A DNA stretch of 63,564 nt, the filler included, from Schmidtea polychroa (lineage: Eukaryota), in NCBI GenBank assembly GCA_044892525.1. It is 5 parts of 3 records of this genome, joined end to end, with 100 filler letters (N's around TTAATTAATTAA, not from the genome) between each part and the next. Parts side by side here need not be neighbours in the genome. Positions count along the whole stretch, not along the records: positions 60,483 to 63,564 come from CM097885.1; 4 more parts are not named here. One strand, written 5' to 3'. A program made the position numbers and the translations under genes. This document shows, piece by piece, positions 63,043 through 63,564 of this stretch. How positions within the stretch are numbered: the first letter of the stretch is position 1; each line of letters opens with the position of its first letter. The notes under the pieces were generated by a model. The model ran no database searches. It was not told the origin of the DNA and worked only from the letters and a program-made list of their open reading frames with translations.

Positions 63043-63430
63043 ACTGGTAGATTGTAATAATCAATCACCAATGCGCTCAGAACTAGTGATGCGTCCTATG
63101 CACAATGCTGCTCCAGGGGGCGGCGGTGCCTGCAGTGGCAGCGTTGGTGGCCAATTGGTGCAGATGAAATCGCCCACTGCCGCCATGCAGTCAAAGGCCC
63201 CTCCCATCAATGTCCAGATCAATGGGGATCACAATGCGCTCGGCATCGATATTACCGGCAATTTCATACCCAACTCACAGCTCATCAATCCCAACATGAG
63301 GCGCCAGCTATTTCCCAATCAAATTACACGGCGGCCTGCAGAAGTTTCCTTTCAGCTCCAGCAAGTCGGCAATATTTCATCTGTCAATGCTAATCAAGCT
63401 ACTTTTTCTTCTCCAAATAGGAGCTACGGT
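60717..63430 (+). CDS. KMT2C: KMT2C/D (MLL3/4; Lpt-like) histone methyltransferase complex protein, internal exons
   Basis: LGIGGFRAR and KKSEIDENFPDYLMQAFLGSSLL recall the PGIGGFMVR and KNKLEETFPAYLQEAFFGKDLL segments of MLL3/4. Exons 60717-61010, 61074-61185, 61975-about 62223, 62275-62636, 62685-62940, 62985-about 63427, joined in phase (one donor is uncertain). Contains polyQ and N/S-rich low-complexity tracts. Confidence 0.7.
61255..61915. repeat. 155-bp G-rich minisatellite, about 4.2 copies, intronic
   Basis: GCAGCAGGAGG-like anchor at 61277, 61417, 61572, 61727 and 61882 (spacings 140, 155, 155, 155). Confidence 0.92.
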
Positions 63431-63564
63431 AATGATTGTTTTGTAACTTTTGGGCACATTGGGGCATCTCCACATAGGGGACCAGTTATGGTTAGTTCAG
63501 TAGGTTTAGTTCAGCATTGTTTGTAATTCTGTTTCCCTTTATTACTATCCCCGCACAATTGACG

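Overview
AT-rich eukaryotic genomic scaffold. It has spliceosomal introns down to about 41 nt, (AAT)n microsatellites, and N gaps, four of them carrying an artificial TTAATTAATTAA linker. Gene style and composition suggest a flatworm, possibly a planarian; this is inference. Host genes reconstructed from splice sites: MRM3 (4 exons), an unknown 194-aa ORF head-to-head with it, two tandem CRAL-TRIO/alpha-tocopherol-transfer-like paralogs, TFIIB (8-nt first coding exon, candidate GC-AG intron) and part of a KMT2C/D (MLL3/4, Lpt-like) gene. The rest is dominated by mobile DNA: a very young, compact 4.4-kb LTR retrotransposon, a decayed Gypsy, a Penelope-like relic, at least five hAT elements or relics, Tc1 and pogo relics, a MITE, an 18S rRNA fragment, a 520-bp tandem duplication and a 155-bp G-rich minisatellite. 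The most striking observation concerns the young LTR element. It lacks a canonical TGG primer-binding site. The 12 nt abutting its 5' LTR are instead the exact complement of nucleotides 1-12 (the 5' end) of tRNA-Lys(UUU), which suggests priming by a very short 5' tRNA fragment. The same element has a clean G_GGA_AAC -1 frameshift signal with a candidate pseudoknot. All alignments and translations were done by eye; no database searches were run.
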